Shown here piece by piece: positions 21,408 to 34,594 of a DNA stretch of 64,000 nucleotides. Origin of the DNA: Octopus vulgaris (taxonomy: Eukaryota); NCBI GenBank assembly GCA_951406725.2, contig OX597820.1:72354001-72418000 (forward strand), written 5' to 3'. Numbering within the stretch: the stretch's first letter is position 1; each line of letters begins with the position of its first letter. A program made the position numbers and the translations under genes. The notes below the pieces were generated by a model. It made no database searches and was not told the DNA's origin. It saw nothing but the letters and a program-made list of their open reading frames with translations.

Positions 21408-24040
21408 CATCATCATCGTTTAACGTCCGTTATCCGCGCTAGCACGGGTTGGACGGTTCGACTGGGGTCTGGGAAGCCAGGGGCTGCACCAGGCTCCAGT
21501 CTGATCTGGCAGTGTTTCTACAGCTGGATGCCCTTTCTAACGCCAACCACTCCACGAGTGTAGTGGGTGCTTTTTACGTGTCACCGGCATAGGTGCCAGG
21601 GGAGTCTGGCAACGGCCACGATCGGTTAGTGCTTTTAACGTGCCACCGGCACGGAAGCCAGCCAAGGCGGCGCTGGCATCGGCCACGTTTGGATGGTGCT
21701 TTTTATGTGCCACCGGCACAGAAGCCAGTCGAGGTAGCGCTGGCAACGGCCACGTTTGGATGGTGCTTTTTATGTGCTACCGGCACAGGTATCACAACTA
21801 CTATTTCCATTGATATTTATTTCGATGTTCATGTTCATGTACTTGACTCAACAGGTTTCCTCAAGTACAGCGGGATGTTCTGGACTCCAAGGTACTTTGA
21901 ATGGGCAGGGGCTATGCGGAACTGGTGCAGGAAGCAGCCCGGGTCTTTGCAGTCACAGCATATCTCCAGAGATCTCGGTCCTTCGCCATTGCCTCAGTGA
22001 GGCCCGGTGCAGGAAGCAGCCCGGGTCTTTGTGGTCACAGCATATCTCCAGAGATCTCGGTCCTTCGCCATAGCCTCAGTGAGGCCCAACGCTCTGAGGT
22101 CATGCTTGACTACCTCATCCCATGTCTTCCTGGGTCTACCTCTCCCCCTGATTCCTGCTACTGTTTGGGAGCGGCACTTCTTCACACATCTCTCCTCATC
22201 CATCCGTAGTACATGACCATACCATCGCTCTTGCACACCACATCTGATGCTTCTTATGTCCAACCTTTCTCTCAGGGTGCTTACACTCTGTCGTGCATGC
22301 ACACTGACATTACACATCCAGTGGATCATGCTAGCTTCATTTCTTTCAAGTCTACGCATGTCCTCTGCAGTCACGGCCCATGTTTCACTACTGTGAAGCA
22401 TGGCAGTTCGCACACATGCATGATACAATCTACCTTTCACTCTGAGTGAGAGACCCTTTGTCGCCAGTGGGGGTAGGAGCTTTCTAAACTTTGCCCAGGC
22501 TATTCGTATTCTAGTGGTGACACTCTCTGAGCATCCACCTCCACTACTAGCTTGGTCACCCAGGTAGCGGAAACTATCGACTACTTCTAGTTTCTCCCCC
22601 TAGAGTGTGATGGAATCTGTTTTCTGAGTATTTGTGGTGTCTATTGTCCCTGTGCATCTGCCGCACATGAAAGCTATCTTATCAGTTAATTTCCCTTTGA
22701 TGTTGCTGCACCTCTTATGCGTCCATAACTTACACTGGGTGCATCTTATGGAGTTTCTACCTACGCCTTTCCTACAGATCGAGCAGGGCCACCTGCCCGA
22801 TGGGGTGTGTGCTGAATTCGCCTTTCTGCGTACTATAACTTTGGTCTTTGCTACATTTACTCTAAGGCCCTTTGATTCTAACCCTTGCTTCCACACCCGA
22901 AACTTCTTTTCTAGTTCCGGTAGTGATTCCGCTATGAGGGCCAGGTCATCAGCATAGAGGAGCTCCCAGGGGCAACCTGTTTTGAATTCCTCTGTTATTG
23001 CCTGGAGGACTATGATGAATAAAAGGGGACTGGGGGCTGAGCCTTGGTGTACACCTACTTCTACCCGGAATTCTTCACTATATTTGTTGCCAATCCTAAC
23101 CTTGCTGACAGCCTCTCTGTATAGGGCCTGTACAGCCCTTATTAGCCATTCGTCAATCTCCAGTTTCCGCATCGACCACCAGATAAGGGATTGGGGGACC
23201 CTGTCAAAGGCTTTCTCCAAGTCCACAAAAGCTATGTAGAGGGGTTTATCTTTAGCTAGGTACTTCTCCTGCAGTTGTCGGACCAGGAATATAGCATCAG
23301 TGGTGCTTCTACCCGGCACAAAACCAAACTGCATCTCATCTAAGCAAATTCTCTCCCTAATGAGATGGGTTATGACCCTCTCGGTGACCTTCATCACCTG
23401 ATCCAACAGTTTAATACCTCTGTAGTTATTTTTATCTAGAGCATCACCCTTACCCTTGTAGCAGTTGACTATGGTGCTTCTACGCCAGTCATTGGGTATG
23501 ACTCCATTATGAACTACCTGGTTTACAATGCGGGTGACTAGGCCATAGCCCACATAACCAGCCATTTTAAGCATCTCAGAAGTGATTCCTGATGGGCCAG
23601 AGGCTTTACCTGGTTTCATACCCTTAATTACAAGGGAGCAGTCTATTCGGATAACTGGTCCCTCTACTGGGCCAACATTTGGCAGGCTCTCCTCCTCCCA
23701 TTCATTCTCCACATTCAGCAGTCTTTCATAATGGCTTCTCCAAGCCTCTATCTTTTCACCAACATTAAAAGCAAGTGCCCCATCATCCATGCGGACACAT
23801 TTCTCTCCTGTAACATTACTAATTTCTCTCACACACTGTCTAGCAATCCGAAATACCTCAGTTCTTTGGTCCTCATGTCACTGGACATTGGCAAACTTCT
23901 TCTTTTCTGCTACATCTTTGGCTATGTATACCTGCCGCCCAGCCTCCCTTTTGGCTACTTGGTACAGTTCCCTGCTACTCCCATCCCTCCAGGCTTTCCA
24001 GGCCTGTTTCTTTGCACTAATGGCTTTGTCAGTTCTTGGT
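21408..24040 (-). mobile_element. RTE-clade LINE, 5'-truncated, few disablements
   Basis: RT motifs NYRGIKLL, QFGFVPGRSTTDAIF, AFVDLEKAFDRV, GVHQGS, LLYADDL. The C-terminus has WYGHVLRM and GRGRPRKTW, followed by a (gat)n tail. There is a premature stop near 22600 and an ~82-bp internal duplication at 21924-22087. Confidence 0.92.
22600..23832 (-). pseudogene. RTE reverse transcriptase with a PHD-like Cys/His insertion
   Basis: 410-aa ORF in which YADD is followed by CSICRKGVGRNSIRCTQCKLWTHKRC...CGRC. Confidence 0.85.
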
Positions 24041-24345
24041 ATAATATTATTCAGCATTACCTGACACCTTTGGGTTTCAATGACACCATTATATATATAT
24101 ATACACATACATATGTATATATTTGTGTGTTTGTCTGTGTTTGTTCCCCCACCATTGCTTGACAACTGATGTTGGTGTGTTTAAGCAGTTCGGCAAAAGA
24201 GGCAGATAGAGTATGCACTAGGCTTACAAAGAATAAATCCTGGGGACGATTTATTCGAATAAAGGTGGTGCTCCAGCATAGCTGCAGTCAAATGACTGAA
24301 TCAAGTAAAAAGAATATAAAAATACAAAAATACAAAAGCATGTGT

Positions 24346-24400
24346 GAAGAAGAAGAAGAAGAAGAAGAAGAAGAAGAAGAAGAAGAAGAAGAAGAAGAAG

Positions 24401-24430
<30 letters not shown>
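24346..24430. repeat. (GAA)n microsatellite
   Basis: Pure gaa run of roughly 28 units. Confidence 0.95.
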
Positions 24431-24432
<2 letters not shown>

Positions 24433-24735
24433 GATGAAATAAATAAAAATAAAATAAAGATAAGACTAATAGCAATTGGGAACAGTCAGGAGGAGAGATA
24501 AGTTCACCAAGAATAAAGAATTGGAATATTTTGAAGTGGACAATATTGTTGTGCTCTTGTTATAAGATGACCTGTGTGGTAGCTATTGATTTGGGGTCAT
24601 GAATTTAGGCCTTAGAAGTGGTTTGGTGTGTACACATATGCACACGTATGATAATAAAGGATAAACTTTAAAAATTTTTTTTATCAATGACCAGCATATA
24701 AAAATAGATCTATTCAGGTGAAATCATATAATTAT

Positions 24736-24980
24736 AACAATTGCAGTGTGGAAGGTGTTTGTAAGCCATTTAAGAAACACACAAAAGCCGTTTGATTCAC
24801 TTCAACATTTAAGTTTAATTTGTCAAAATATTTTCGTTGCTTTAAGACCGCGACCTGTTCACTGACAGTCTTAAAGCGACGAAAATATTTTGACAAATAA
24901 AACTTAAATGTTGAAGTGAATCGAACGGCTTTTGTGTGTTTCTTAAATGGCTTACAAACACCTTCCACGCTGCAATTGTT
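24736..24980. repeat. Fold-back palindrome (~112-bp arms), Penelope-like
   Basis: Runs aacaattgcagtgtggaagg...ccttccacgctgcaattgtt. A solo partial copy of one arm is at 33434-33513. Confidence 0.85.
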
Positions 24981-25119
24981 TTCGTTTCAGCACACTATCT
25001 CAGATCAAATCACTTGCTATGCAAGTACATCTCCGTAACATATAATTATAATTAAGGGGATAGAAAAAAATTCTATCCTATATGCTGAAAATGGATGCTA
25101 AATCTCCCCACCACTTTAA

Positions 25120-25335
25120 CCCTTTCGTTACCAACCTGGCTGAAACTGGCTCTGGCTCTGAGTAAAAATGTCTTGTTTTCATAACTTTTGAATTAAAATC
25201 TTCCACCAAATCTTAGTCACAATTTATGTTCCTAACACTAGCTGAGTGATAACTAAGTTATTTTACTAAATTCTTTGTTATATTTAAAGTAATTGAAAGA
25301 AAAACAAAGCATCTTAAGATACAGTAATGAAAGGG
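25120..25335. mobile_element. piggyBac-type MITE
   Basis: TTAA-ccctttcgttac ... gtaatgaaaggg-TTAA, giving a TTAA TSD and CCC/GGG TIRs. Confidence 0.85.
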
Positions 25336-25410
25336 TTAAAAATCATCACAAAGTTTCACATGTATGGAAATTGAGGGAGAAACCTATGGAACCCCATGAT
25401 AATATAGACA

Positions 25411-25670
25411 GCTCTGGATTGATCAATTTCTAGATTTACTCAATGGCTTTTCCTTCTCAGCAGAGCAAACTTTTGGGAAATAAATGGGATATTTATACAT
25501 ACCCACAGGAAAGCAAACACAAAGCAATAACTTGGATAGATCTGTGGTATTTATATGTAGTTATGGTTTTGTGTTTGCTTTCCTGTGGGTATATATAAAT
25601 ATTTCATTTATTTGCCATAAGTATGCTCTGCTGATGAGGAAAAGCCATTGGGTAAATCTAGAAATTGATC
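25411..25670. mobile_element. Penelope-like fold-back with a hammerhead motif in both arms
   Basis: The left arm (minus) reads gctctg-CTGAGAA...GAAA-ttgatcaa-TC-cagagc. The right arm (plus) reads gctctg-CTGATGA...GAAAttgatc. Confidence 0.65.
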
Positions 25671-25794
25671 ATGTTATGAATAGAACTTAATCTATCAGTC
25701 TCTACAAAGTGATGGGGATGTAAACACACCAGCACCAGTTGTCAAGTGATGATAGGGAAGACAAACACAGACATAGGGATACACACACATAGAT

Positions 25795-25848
25795 GTATAC
25801 ATATACAGACATACATATAAACATATATATATATATACACACACACAC

Positions 25849-25916
<68 letters not shown>

Positions 25917-25949
25917 AGACATATATATACATATATGTATATATGTGTG

Positions 25950-25981
<32 letters not shown>

Positions 25982-26026
25982 AACATACATATATATATAC
26001 ATATATGTATATATGTGTGTATATAC

Positions 26027-26067
<41 letters not shown>

Positions 26068-26102
26068 CATACATACATAAATATATATATGGAAGATGGA
26101 AG

Positions 26103-26135
<33 letters not shown>
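25795..26135. repeat. Compound (TA)/(CA) microsatellite
   Basis: Direct inspection; it is the source of the many YIYI pseudo-ORFs. Confidence 0.95.
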
Positions 26136-27683
26136 CAGGCAATAACAGAGGAATTCAAGACAGGATGCCCCTGGAAGCTCCTCTATGCAGACGACCTTGC
26201 TCTAATTGCTGAGTCACTATCAGAACTAGAGGAGAAGTTTCAGGTGTGGAAACAAGGATTAGAATCAAAGGGCCTTAGAGTCAACCTAGCTAAAACCAAA
26301 GACCTTAATAAGCAGGAAGGCAATCAAACTACAAATCCCTTCAGGTAGATGGTCCTGCTCGATCTGTAGAAAAGATGTAGGTAGAAACTCTATAAGATGT
26401 ACCCAGTGTAAGCTATGGACACATAAGAGGTGCAGCAATATCAAAGGAAGGCTAACTAGGAAGATAGTTTTTGTATGTGGCAGATGCTCAGGAGCAATAA
26501 ACATTGAAAATGTGCAGAGAACAACTTCTGCCACATTCCAGGGAGAAAAACTAGAAGTAGTTGATAGGTTCCGTTACCTAGTTGATCATGTCAGTAGTGG
26601 GGGAGGGTGCACTGAAAGTGTGGCTGCTATAATAAGAATAGCCTGGGCAATGTTCAGAGGGCTCTTACCTCTGCTGGTTACAAAGGGCCTCTCGCTCAGA
26701 GTAAAAGGTAGACTGTATGATGCATGTATATGAACAGCCACGCTACATGGCAGTGAAACATGGGCCGTGACTGCTGAGGACATGCATAAGCTCACAAGGA
26801 ATGAAGCCAGTATGATCCGATGGATGTGTAATGTCAGTTTGTATACTCAACAGAGTGTAAGTATCTTGAGAGAAAAGTTGGACCTAAGAAGCATCACATG
26901 TGGTGTGCAAGAGAGATGACTGCGCTGGTATGGTCATGTGGTGAGAATGGATGAGGATAGCTGTGTGAAAAAGTGCCACACCCTGGAGGTTGAGGGAACC
27001 TGTGGAAGACCTGTGATGAAGTGGTGAAGCACGACGTTCGAACATTAGGCCTCACCGAGGCAATGACTAGTAACCGGGACTTTTGGAAATATGCTGTGCT
27101 TGAGAAGACCTGGCAAGCCAAGTGAGACCATAACCTCATGGCCTATGCCAGGGGTGTAAGCAACGCACTTGTGCATACCTCTCCTTCATTTGACACAAAA
27201 CTGTGCTTGCGAAGACCTGTTGAAGCAAGTGAAATTGAAATCGTAATCAAATTCGATGACTGGCATCTGTGCTAGTGGAGCACTAAGAACGCCATCTGAG
27301 TGTGATCGTTGCCAGAGCAGCAAACTGGCTTCCGTGCTGGTGGCACGTAAAAAGCACCATTCGAGCGTGATCGTTACCAACATCACCTTACTGGCACATG
27401 AAAAAACATTCAAGTGAGTTCGTTGCCAATGTCGCTTGACTGGACCTGTGCAGGTGGAACGTAAAAAACACCATTTGAGCATGGCTGTTGCCAGTACTAC
27501 CTGATGGCACGTAAAAGCACCCACTACACTCTTTGAGTGGTTGGCGTTAGGAAGGGCATTCAGCAGTAGAAACACTGCCAGATTAGATTGGAGCCTGGTG
27601 CAGCCATCTGGTTTGCCAGTCCTCAGTCAAATCGTCCAACCCATGCTAGAATGGAAAGCGGACGTTAAATGATGATGATGATG
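26136..27683 (+). mobile_element. RTE-clade LINE, 5'-truncated second copy
   Basis: [21 protein letters not shown], a PHD-like segment, GEKLEVVDRFRYL, 3' UTR and (gat)n tail. Homologous to 21408-24040. Confidence 0.9.
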
Positions 27684-28557
27684 ATATATATACATACATA
27701 TATATATACATATATATATACGACATCTTCTTTCAGTTTCTCTCTACCAAATCCACTCATATGGCTTTGGTCACCCCAAGGCTATGGTAGAAGACACTTG
27801 CCCAAGGTGCCACACAGTAGGACTGAACCCAGAATCATGTGGCCGGGAAGCAAGCTTCTTACCACACAGCCATACCAACACCTATATATTATATAAATTG
27901 AAGAAAAATTGTTGCTGTTGAGAATTGTTTGTCGATTATATAGTCAGACATCTCCTGCCTGTATTACCTGTTATTATAAAAGTTTCAGACTCCTCTATGA
28001 TCCACTCATATAATGATATGGTCTGCTTGCTTCTTAACATTGTCTGTGATTAGAAAGCTATACAGTGAACTTGTTATTATTTCTTCATTAATAATTTAAG
28101 ATTCAATGTTTACAAGATGGCTCAGTTCACATTGGTTCATTTAAAGTACATCATTGCTCCAAGTCATCTCAATTGTATATCATGTTCTTTATCTGTTATT
28201 TCTACCACTTGTTTCAGTCTTCAGACTGTGGCCATGCTGGAGCAGCGACTTGAAGGGTTTTAGTTGAACAAATCAACTCCAGTAATTAGTTTTCAAGCCT
28301 GACACCTATTCTATCAGTCTCTTTTGCTGCACGGTTAAGTTACATGGATGTAAACAAACCAACATTGATCATCAAGTTATGGGGTGGAGGGACAAACCCA
28401 TACCGAGCTTTCTTTTGTTCATCTTCAACTTTATATTCCCACTTTTGTCTTTTTAACTTGCTGGATTTGGAGAAAGGGGACAGTGCCCATGTCCATTACA
28501 AGGCCCTTTAGTCCTTTATCATTGAAGTTACTTTGTCAAATGTAATGCTTATTTATT

Positions 28558-28940
28558 CTTTCTTTTATTTGTTTCAGTCATTTTGACTGCAGCCATGCTG
28601 GAGCACTGCCTTTAGTAAAAAAATTGACCCCAGGACTCATTCTTTGCAATCCCAGTACTTATTCTATCAATCTCCTTTGCTGAACTGCAAATTTATGGGG
28701 ATGTAAACACACCAACAGCGGTTGTCAAGCGATGGTGGGGGAGACAAGCACACATACACACACACACATATATATATATATGACAGGCCTCTTTCAGTTT
28801 CCGTCCACCAAATCCACTCACAAGGCACTGGTCAGCCCAAGGCTGTAGCAGAAGACACTTGCCCAAGGTGCTATACAGTGGGACTGAACCCGAATCCATG
28901 TGGTTGGTAAACAAGCTACCTACCACACAGCCACTCCTGT
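28558..28940 (-). mobile_element. tRNA-derived CORE-type SINE family 1 (CR1-like tail), full copy
   Basis: Head caggagtggctgtgtggta, B box gggttcagtcc, CORE-like ccttgggcaagtgtctt, internal (TA/TG)n and tail tgctccagcatggc..gactgaaac. Confidence 0.8.
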
Positions 28941-29483
28941 TTTGATTTAATCATGCATTATCCCAAAGCTTTAAAATTCTGATTATGTGATAATGTTTTT
29001 TTTAGAAATGACATCATAGGGTCGGTGTAAGAGGCTGGATTTGATTGGTTTGAACATAAAACAGAAAATTTGAGCCTGATATGGTCAGTTTCAATGATAA
29101 AGGGGCAAGACAAGAAAAACTGATCCCATTAATATTCCTCTTGAACCTTTCCTTTCTAATTCAACACCTGCAGAAAATATAAGCAGAGAGGGATTTCCTG
29201 AGGGTGATCATTCTAGTAACTAATAATCCTTACTGGGTTTCTCGGGTCCTTCATATTTTTAAGCTGGCAGGATGTGACCTGGGTGAGGTTTGGCTGCTTC
29301 TTCTAGTAGATCAAGTAAACACATCGATACTCTGTATAAGTCAGTGGTAACCTGCAGCTCATGCGACTTACTGAATGGCATGCTTAACAAAAAGTCACCT
29401 TCAAGTTTTTTAGTAGCATGACCCACCTGATGAGCCATGGCCCATGCCGCCCACTTCTCAAGTTTGGCCATAACCAGCTTTTT

Positions 29484-30220
29484 ATGATGATGATGGTGGT
29501 GGTTGCAATGGTGGTGATGGTGGTGGTGGTTGTGAAGGTGGCGGTAGTTGTGATGGTGGTAGTTGTGATGGTGGTGGTTGTAATGGTGGTGGTTGTGATA
29601 GTGGTGGTTGCGATGGTGGTGGTGGTGGTTGCGATGGTGGTGGTGGTTGCGATGGTGGTGGTGGTTGTGATGGTGGTGGTTGCAATGGTGGTGATGGTGG
29701 TTGTGAAGGTGGCGGTATTTGTGATGGTGTAGGTTGTAATGGTGGTGGTTGAGATAGTGGTGGTTGCGATGGTGGTGGTGGTTGTGATGGTAGCAGTAGT
29801 GAAAGTGCTGGTGGTAATTGTGGTGGTGGTGGTTTTAGTTGTAGTAGTGGTGTTGGTAGAGGTGGTAATGGTGGAGGTAGTGAGGGTAGTAGTTGTGGTT
29901 GTTGCTGTGGGGGTGATAGTAGTGGTAGTAGTAATAGTTGTGGTTGTTGTTGTTGTGATGCTGGCAGTGTTGTTGTTGGTGGTAGTGGTAGTAGTGGTCT
30001 TGGTATTGGTAGCAATTGTAGTTGTTGTTGTTGCAGTGGTGGTGGCTGTGGTAGTTGTGTTTTGGCAGAAGTGGTGGTATTAGTGGTAGTGGTGTTAGAG
30101 ATAGTGTTAGTGGTGGTGTTGGTAATGGTGGGAGAGGTGGTGTTGGTAATGGTGGGAGAGGTGGTGTTGGTGGTAGTTGTGGTCAGTATTGTAGTGGTTG
30201 TTGTAAATGGTGTTGGTGAT
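29484..30220. repeat. Degenerate (GGT/GTT)n trinucleotide array
   Basis: Direct inspection; it produces the poly-V and poly-P pseudo-ORFs. Confidence 0.9.
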
Positions 30221-31125
30221 AGCAGAGGTCATAGCCTTGATAATAGAAACTATAACAACATCAATGGCAATGATGACAATATTGGAACAACAACACTTCC
30301 CCATTCAAATAACATTGTCTCCAACAGATTATTTGGTGATCAGGAACAAAAATATGTTTTTCTAAAATTCTAAAATTAAATCTCATTTCTTTTTACATTC
30401 TCTTTACCAAAATTCCAAAATATCATAACTTTTAGCATTCTTTCATCTTTGTAAAAGCTGAAAACAAAATACTTTACGAATTAACAAAAATATATTTTGC
30501 TTTTTTAAAATATTCAAAAATATATAATAAAGATGAATTATTTTTATGATAAAATCTTTTGTTTGTATTTAAGTAGTTTTTCTTCAATCAAGAAAACACA
30601 AACTTCAAAGATTTAGTTGAGAATTTAATAATTTGTTTTATTAATTTAATTTTTGCTGTTTTGATATAGTTCCATGTTTGTGTTAAGTGAAACTGAGAGA
30701 GATAAAAGTTTTTGTGCTAAGGTTTAAAATACCATTATACCTAAGCCACCGGATATATAATAATTATTTCATAATTATTTCTTTTTCAAAGTTTTCTCTT
30801 TCTTGTACATGAAATCATTTAATTTACTTTCTTTTTACCAACCCATCTAAAGACCACCCTCTGGTTCTACGATACAAAACAACTCATTTTGAAATGTTTA
30901 TATTTACATTAAAGCATTTTCTATCATGAGTTTGTGTACGAAATGTTTTCTTAAGGTATGTTCTTAACACCATCTTAACACTGAAAAAAAAAGTTGCTTT
31001 AACAAATACTTCCAAATTCCTGATTATTTTCAAGATTTATTGGAACACACAAAGCAGTGCATTTTTCAGCAGAAATATGGTAATAAAAGGTAAACAAGAA
31101 TGGAAATCATGAATCATAAAATGTA

Positions 31126-32023
31126 CGAGGATAATCCTAAAAGTAGGGTCTCCAAAAATATTTAGAAATCACAGAAACGTTTATTGTCAATGATGTTTAC
31201 ATCATTTTAAAGTTTTGAACATTTATCTATTTTTTTACCTGATCACCATTTCGGTCAATGCATTTTTGTAGGTGCTGGGACAATTTTTGTATGCCCATGT
31301 CATAGCAGCTCACTGCCATGTTGTTGAGGAGGCAATGAACCTCATCTTTCACCTCGTCATCATTGCTGAAGTATGTTCCAGCCAAATGTTCTGTCAGCTT
31401 GGGGAACAAGTGGTAGTCACTGGATGCCAAGTCCGGACTATAAGGTGGGTTGCCATTTATGGTCTTCAGTGAGCATTCATGGGACCCATCTTGTGCATAC
31501 CTTCCGATATTGCAACTTTTTACTCAAAAACCCTATGAATGGTGCTTCAGGAAACTTCAGGAACCAAAATGTAGAAATTATCCAGAGTGATGTGCTGATT
31601 TTCATGCAAGATTTGCTCAACCTTCATGACTGTCTGGTCGAAAATTGATGGTTACCCACTTCTATCTTCGTCATACAATTTCAGTACAACCAGCTGCAAT
31701 CTCTCTACACCACCTGCAGATGTTCTTGACATCCATGTACAACTTTCCATATACTTCTGTTAATTGGCAATGAATTTCAATCGGCTTAATGCCTTTTGAG
31801 TTCAAAAACCAACTAACTGTGTGAACTTCACACTTGGCAGTAGCGTCAATTGGGAGCTGCATCAGATACGACTGTCAAGCAAAGACTGAACATGGCAGCA
31901 AGGCACCAGCAGGGTCAGGCACAGGTGCATGCACAACACACACAACAGTGTAGCAAATAGCCAGACGTACAGTTATCCTGCGTCCCCAGCGTTTTGGAGA
32001 CCTTACCTTTGGGATTACCCTCA
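31126..32023 (-). mobile_element. Internally deleted mariner transposon with TIRs
   Basis: TA-cgaggataatcctaaaagtagggtctcc ... ggagaccttacctttgggattaccctca-TA. Peptides include the HTH-like EVHTVSWFLNSKGIKPIEIHCQLTEVYG and PPYSPDLASSDYHLF. Confidence 0.85.
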
Positions 32024-32321
32024 TAGTTAGCATTGTTACTATGAAATAGAATTAAATATAATCTTTTCTTTCTATTTATCTATTATTTTTTTTTTTGTTT
32101 CCATCATTAGATTGTGACCATGCTGGGGCATCACATTGAAGAATTTTATAATGAATCAACCCCAGTACTTTTTTTTTAACATGACTTGTCTCTTTTTCCA
32201 AATCACTAGGTTATGGGGATGTAAACACACCAATGCTGGTTGTCAAGTAGCAAGAGGGGATAAACACAGACACAATGACACATATGCATAGATATTTACA
32301 CACAGACACACACATAGATAA

Positions 32322-32495
32322 AGATAGATACGGCTGGTCTGTGAGGTTACCCTGGGTTTCAAGTCCATAAAGCGCTTAGCCTAACTGTGTTTCTTTAGAC
32401 CCTAGAATTTGGGTCTGATGAAGCACTCTAACGCTAAGTGCTTTATTGGGGTGAAACCCAGGGTAACCTCATAGACTGGCCACATTTATCTATCT
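32322..32495. mobile_element. Penelope-like fold-back with a hammerhead motif
   Basis: gggt-CTGATGA(32415)-...-GAAA(32453)-cccaggg-TA-acct lies within inverted arms. Confidence 0.6.
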
Positions 32496-32593
32496 AGCTT
32501 TATCTGTATACTCTATTGCTCTATAACTTAGAGTATGCTTCTTTTTCAGATTTATGATTTACTGATAATATATGTGTATATATCACCATGAAC

Positions 32594-32892
32594 ACTGTGA
32601 CCGACCAGGCTATCAGATGTTGCTACACATCACTGGTCACAATGTGGTTCGCATTGTTTTAGCCTTCAAATGATGCCACCCCGCTGGCTAAGTGAGCAGA
32701 CCAACAGAAGAAAGAGTGGGAGAAAGTTGTGGCAAAAGAGTACAGCAGAGATCACCACTACCCCCTGCCGAAGCCTTGTGGAGCTTTTAGGTGTTTTTAC
32801 TCAATAAACACTCACAATGCCTGGTTTGGGAATCAAAACCGCGATCCTATGACCGTGAGTTCACTGCCCTAACTACTGGGCCATTGTGCCTC
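32594..32892 (-). mobile_element. tRNA-derived SINE family 4
   Basis: Minus-strand head ggaggcacaatggcccagtagttagg and a tail shared with 3897-4190. Confidence 0.65.
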
Positions 32893-32914
32893 CATATATG
32901 TGTATATATATATG

Positions 32915-32968
<54 letters not shown>

Positions 32969-32973
32969 ATCTA

Positions 32974-33019
<46 letters not shown>

Positions 33020-33029
33020 ACTTTCATTA

Positions 33030-33255
33030 TTCTACATTATTTACATTTGACAGATATTTGTCCTCATCTTGTTTGTTGTTAACACAATGTTTCAACTGAT
33101 ATACCCTCCAAGCCTTCATCAGGTGTCTTGGGGAAATTTCGAACCTGGTTTCCCATTCCTAAGGTATTTTCCGATGTTATTATTATTATTATTATATTAC
33201 ATGTTATTATTATTATTATTATATTACATGTTATTATTATTATTATTATATTACA

Positions 33256-33294
<39 letters not shown>

Positions 33295-33406
33295 CATTAT
33301 TATTATTATTATTATTATTATAATAACATCGAAAAATATCAGCCGAAATGTATTAACAACTAACAAGATGAGGACAAATATCCGTCAAATGTACACAATG
33401 TAAATA
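33030..33406 (-). mobile_element. Penelope-like terminal repeat with hammerhead, inverted partial copy and internal (ATT)n
   Basis: The minus strand at 33082-33126 reads acac-CTGATGA-aggct..agtt-GAAA-caTT-gtgt. An inverted arm is at 33335-33406 and a sister copy at 56821-56990 (core CTGAAGA). Confidence 0.65.
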
Positions 33407-33837
33407 AGGAAAAATCTGTATAACTTGTATAACTACTTAAATGTTGAAGTGAATCGAACGGCTTTTGTGTGTTTCTTAAATGGCTTACAAACACCTTCCA
33501 CGCTGCAATTGTTTACAATATATCTATAAATATAAATACCGCTTTCAATGTTTTATCAAATTGTGATAACATTGAATAAAAATATTTATGCAGATTTTTC
33601 CTTTCCTGAAGTATGTATACACTTTTTGGTGGACTCTGTATATGTATGTGTATATATCTACCTGGGTGTGTCTTTGTATCTGTCCCAATCCACTGCTTGA
33701 CAACCAGTGATGGTTTGTTTACATCCCTGTAACTTAGCAGTTTGGTAAAAGAGACCAATAGAATAAGGTACTAGATCTTAAAAATAAGTTGTTTTTTTTT
33801 GTATTTATATACCTAGGCCTATTCCCCATTTTTTTAG

Positions 33838-34250
33838 GTGGGGGTAGTCACAACAAGACACACCAGGCATTCCATTCATTTCCAAGCTCAAAGAGGCAAA
33901 CCCCATCCTATGCTCAGGTTAAGGCATAGAATGCAACTCCCTGATATCGGAAGTGGGGTCCGACAGCATATGCTGGTTTACCCCCACTACATCATGCTGG
34001 TTCCATATCCCTTTGAGCAACAACAAATTCACTCGTCCATCCACAAACACTCTCCGAGCTTTCCTATTACTTATAAACTCTCTTGCCTCTCTCACTCCAA
34101 CACCTCTAACCACCAAAACTTTCCTCACTCCATCCATCCACATGAACCGAGGTCTGCTTCTGGTTCTGCTGCCTACCACCTCTGCTTTCATCACCCTCCT
34201 TTCCATCCGCTCCTCATCCATCCTCTCCATGTGGCCAAACCACCTCAACA
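33838..34250 (-). mobile_element. RTE-clade LINE 3' fragment of a second family
   Basis: Peptide LRWFGHMERMDEERMERRVMKAEVVGSRTRSRPRFMWMDGV. Confidence 0.75.
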
Positions 34251-34594
34251 AAAATAAGTACTGGGAGCAATTTGTTCCACTAAAACCCTTCAATGTGCTG
34301 CCCCAGCATGGCTGCAGTCCAATGACTGAAACAAGTAAAAGATGTTAAATATCTGATATCCTAGTATTTTGTTCTTCACAGATTGGATATTGATGCTCTA
34401 GCAGTCTGTAATTTATGGTAAATATTTGGTGTTTAGAAGAGCATCCAGTTACAGAAATCATGTCAAAGGTAACAGTGGAGCTTGGTACAGTCCTCTGGTT
34501 TACCAGCTCCTGTCAAACCATCCAACCCATGCCAGCATGAAAAATGGGCATTAAACAATGCCAGCGATGGCAACAATGATGACGATGATGATTA

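Noticed and set aside
15774-23832. Reverse transcriptases as prokaryotic retron, DGR or group II intron systems
   Set aside because: The APE-RT architecture, tails and motifs are those of eukaryotic non-LTR retrotransposons.
24169-24501. Poly-Glu ORF
   Set aside because: A SINE tail fused to (GAA)n.
25695-26158. Many YIYI/CVCV ORFs here and throughout the window
   Set aside because: Translations of (TA)n and (TG)n repeats.
29418-30373. Poly-Val and Pro-rich ORFs suggesting a mucin or extensin
   Set aside because: Degenerate trinucleotide microsatellite, open in several frames, with no gene context.
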